DNA from: Gammaproteobacteria bacterium | Lineage (GTDB): Bacteria; Pseudomonadota; Gammaproteobacteria; Eutrophobiales; Eutrophobiaceae | Length of the DNA: 64,000 bases | Assembly: GCA_963422205.2 (NCBI GenBank) | Contig: CAXMWX010000007.1 | Location: 128,001 to 192,000, forward strand | Direction of reading: 5' to 3' | Shown: piece after piece, positions 61,584 through 64,000 of the stretch | How the letters are laid out: each line of letters starts with the position of its first letter | Numbering within the stretch: the first letter of the stretch is position 1 | The notes under the pieces: model-generated | Seen by the model: the letters and a program-made list of their open reading frames with translations, nothing else | Databases searched by the model: none | What the model was told of the DNA's origin: nothing | Position numbers and translations under genes: made by a program

Positions 61584-62965
61584 CGATACCCTGTTCGGTG
61601 AGTACATTGCGGCAAGCCGAGGCCGCCAGAGAAGCGGTGTCGGTCGCCGGCTGGGTGAGAACCAAACGGGATGCAAAGAATTTCTCTTTCCTTGAACTCA
61701 ATGACGGCTCCTGCCTGGGCAACCTGCAAATCATCGTTGATTCGACTCTGGATGATTTTGATCAGGTGCGCCAACTCAACACCGGCGCCGCCCTCCGGGT
61801 CAGCGGCGCGCTGGTGGCCTCGCCGGGCAAAGGCCAGGCATGGGAGCTGAAGGCGCAGTCGGTGATCATCCTTGGGACAGCACCGGCCGATTATCCGCTA
61901 CAGAAAAAACGGCATTCCGATGAATTTCTGCGGACGATAGCGCACCTGCGGCCACGAACAAACAAATACGGTGCGCTGTTCAGGATCCGTTCACGCCTGG
62001 CACATGCCATACACGGCTTCTTTCAGGAGCGCGGTTTTCACTGGATACATACGCCGATCATTACCGCTGCGGATTGCGAAGGGGCGGGCGAGATGTTTCA
62101 GGTGACAACCATGAATCTGGCAGACATTCCCATTACCGATGGAAAGATCGATTATGATCAGGATTTCTTTGCCCGGCAGGCCAGCCTGACGGTCTCCGGG
62201 CAACTGGCGGTAGAGCCTTACTGTTTGAGTTTAGGTAAGGTGTATACCTTCGGCCCGACCTTTCGCGCCGAGAATTCCAACACCGCCAGACATATCGCCG
62301 AGTTCTGGATGATCGAACCTGAAATCGCCTTTGCCGATCTCACGGATGCCATGCAGCTTGGCGAGGGGCTGGTGCGTTACCTGGCCGGTTTTATGCTGCA
62401 TGAATGTGCTGATGATTTGGCCTTGTTCAGCCAGTTTGTCGATAAAACATTGCTCGCCCGTTTGCAAACGATCAGCGAGCGTGAATTCATCCGCCTGCCC
62501 TATACCGAGGCGCTGGATATCCTCAAACAATCAGGCCAGCGGTTTGAGTATGCGATTGACTGGGGCAGGGATCTGCAAGCCGAGCATGAACGTTTTTTAA
62601 CCGAGCAACACTTCAAGCAGCCGGTGATCGTGTATGACTACCCGAAAGAGATCAAGGCGTTTTATATGCGTGCAAACGATGATGGCAGGACGGTGGCATC
62701 AATGGATATTCTGTTGCCAGTCATCGGCGAGTTGATCGGCGGCAGCCAGCGTGAAGAACGTTACACTGTCTTGCAGCAACGCTTGGCCGAATCCGGTCTC
62801 GCTGAAAAGGACTACGGCTGGTATCTGGATACGCGCCGATATGGCACGGCGCCCCATGCCGGCTTTGGCCTGGGGTTTGAGCGTCTGTTGATGCTATTCA
62901 CCGGGATCAGCAATATCCGCGATGTGATTCCGTATCCGCGCACACCACGTCATCTGGAATTTTAA
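61580..62965 (+). CDS. asnS: Asparagine--tRNA ligase
   Basis: GWVRTKR, HLRPRTN, LTVSGQL, FRAENSNT.RH.AEFWMIEPE, PHAGFGLGFER. Confidence 0.97.
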   Translation: MTIPCSVSTLRQAEAAREAVSVAGWVRTKRDAKNFSFLELNDGSCLGNLQIIVDSTLDDFDQVRQLNTGAALRVSGALVASPGKGQAWELKAQSVIILGTAPADYPLQKKRHSDEFLRTIAHLRPRTNKYGALFRIRSRLAHAIHGFFQERGFHWIHTPIITAADCEGAGEMFQVTTMNLADIPITDGKIDYDQDFFARQASLTVSGQLAVEPYCLSLGKVYTFGPTFRAENSNTARHIAEFWMIEPEIAFADLTDAMQLGEGLVRYLAGFMLHECADDLALFSQFVDKTLLARLQTISEREFIRLPYTEALDILKQSGQRFEYAIDWGRDLQAEHERFLTEQHFKQPVIVYDYPKEIKAFYMRANDDGRTVASMDILLPVIGELIGGSQREERYTVLQQRLAESGLAEKDYGWYLDTRRYGTAPHAGFGLGFERLLMLFTGISNIRDVIPYPRTPRHLEF

Positions 62966-62990
62966 TCGATGAGAATCAGCGCTGCTGGCA

Positions 62991-64000
62991 TCACGCCTGC
63001 CCGGCTTCATGGCGTCTGAAAAACTGTGCAACGTCCTGCAAGTCACGGCAGCGGGGAACGGGCGGCAGGCTGCGTAGAAAAACCTCGCCGTAGGATTTGG
63101 CGCTCAGGCGCGGATCACAGATCATCAACACGCCGTAGTCCCGCTGATCACGCAACAGCCGCCCGATCCCCTGCTTCAAACTGATCACCGCCTCGGGCAG
63201 CTGGTAGGCCATGAACGGGTTAATCCCCTGCTGTTCCAGGTGCTGCATTCTGGCACGCAACACCGGATCACCCGGGGCGGCAAACGGCAGCTTGTCGATA
63301 ATCACGCAGGACAGTGCCTGGCCCTTCACATCCACGCCTTCCCAAAAACTGCTGGTACCCAGCAGCACGCTGTGCCGGCTGGTGCGAAACTGCGCCAGCA
63401 GCTCTGTCCTGGGCGCATCGCCCTGCACCAGCAGGGGATAATCCATCTGCCCGGCCAGCAACTCAGCCGCCAGTCGCAAGGCACGATGACTGGTAAACAA
63501 AAAAAACGCCCGCCCCCGGGTCAGGGTTAATACCGGCAGGGCGGCTTCGACGACCTGCTGCGTATAGTTTTGCTGATGTGGGTCGGCCAGGCCAGTCGGC
63601 AGGTACAACAGGGCCTGATTGGCAAAATCGAACGGGCTCTCCCAGGCCCTGGCCCGGGTGTTTGACAAGCCAAGCTGATTGGCAAAATGATCAAACCGGG
63701 TATTGACCGTCAACGTGGCCGAGGTATAGATCATCAGGCAATCATAATCGGCCAGGCGTTGTTGAAACGTGCTGGCGATATCGAGCGGCGTCTGGTGCAG
63801 CAAAAAGCCCTTGCGGCGTAACTCCAGCCACTGGATCAGCGGGGCGGTATTGCTGCTGCACTCATTAAAATCATCCAGCATCGTCAGCACGGCCTCTATG
63901 CGTTTGTAGCAGTGATCCAGCGCCTTGCCACGGTTGGCAAATGCCTGCAACAGTTGCTGCACGGCAAAGGTTTTATCCATTAATCCTTGCAAGGCTTGCT
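62991..64000 (-). CDS. ATP-dependent DNA helicase DinG/YoaA family (5' partial)
   Basis: TSATL, SPFDF, LFTS, SFWEGVDV.G, IIDKLPF, KQGIGRL.R. Confidence 0.92.
   Translation of the reverse strand, partial: QALQGLMDKTFAVQQLLQAFANRGKALDHCYKRIEAVLTMLDDFNECSSNTAPLIQWLELRRKGFLLHQTPLDIASTFQQRLADYDCLMIYTSATLTVNTRFDHFANQLGLSNTRARAWESPFDFANQALLYLPTGLADPHQQNYTQQVVEAALPVLTLTRGRAFFLFTSHRALRLAAELLAGQMDYPLLVQGDAPRTELLAQFRTSRHSVLLGTSSFWEGVDVKGQALSCVIIDKLPFAAPGDPVLRARMQHLEQQGINPFMAYQLPEAVISLKQGIGRLLRDQRDYGVLMICDPRLSAKSYGEVFLRSLPPVPRCRDLQDVAQFFRRHEAGQA

Overview
Chromosomal segment of a Gammaproteobacterium, GC-rich (roughly 55-60% by eye). Three parts. (i) 1-29.6 kb is mostly housekeeping: tRNA-Ser, yccA, pntAB, serS-crcB-rarA-lolA-ftsK, aat/arginyltransferase/infA, kdsB-lpxK-exbBD-comEC, lolCD, tsaB, plus an AT-rich GHKL-ATPase islet beside the tRNA. 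(ii) 29.6-55.5 kb is an accessory hotspot: tandem DUF1640 coiled-coil genes, a truncated adhesin/autotransporter passenger, and a ~20 kb defective Mu-like prophage (Mu-type head, P2-type contractile tail, Dam-like methylase). The prophage is bounded by ~55-bp imperfect terminal inverted repeats (34530-54566), lacks transposase, repressor and lysis genes, and has an inverted head module. (iii) 55.5-64 kb holds gcvTHP, cpdA, an O-methyltransferase, asnS and a DinG-like helicase. The most notable unexplained signals are a compact pseudoknotted RNA-like element directly downstream of a MuF protein with a C-terminal PBECR-type nuclease and no immunity ORF; seven 7-nt-periodic inverted-repeat hairpins at prophage gene junctions; and ~48-nt palindromic mini-elements inserted into coding sequences. 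All calls are by-eye motif recognition; no database searches or folding programs were run.
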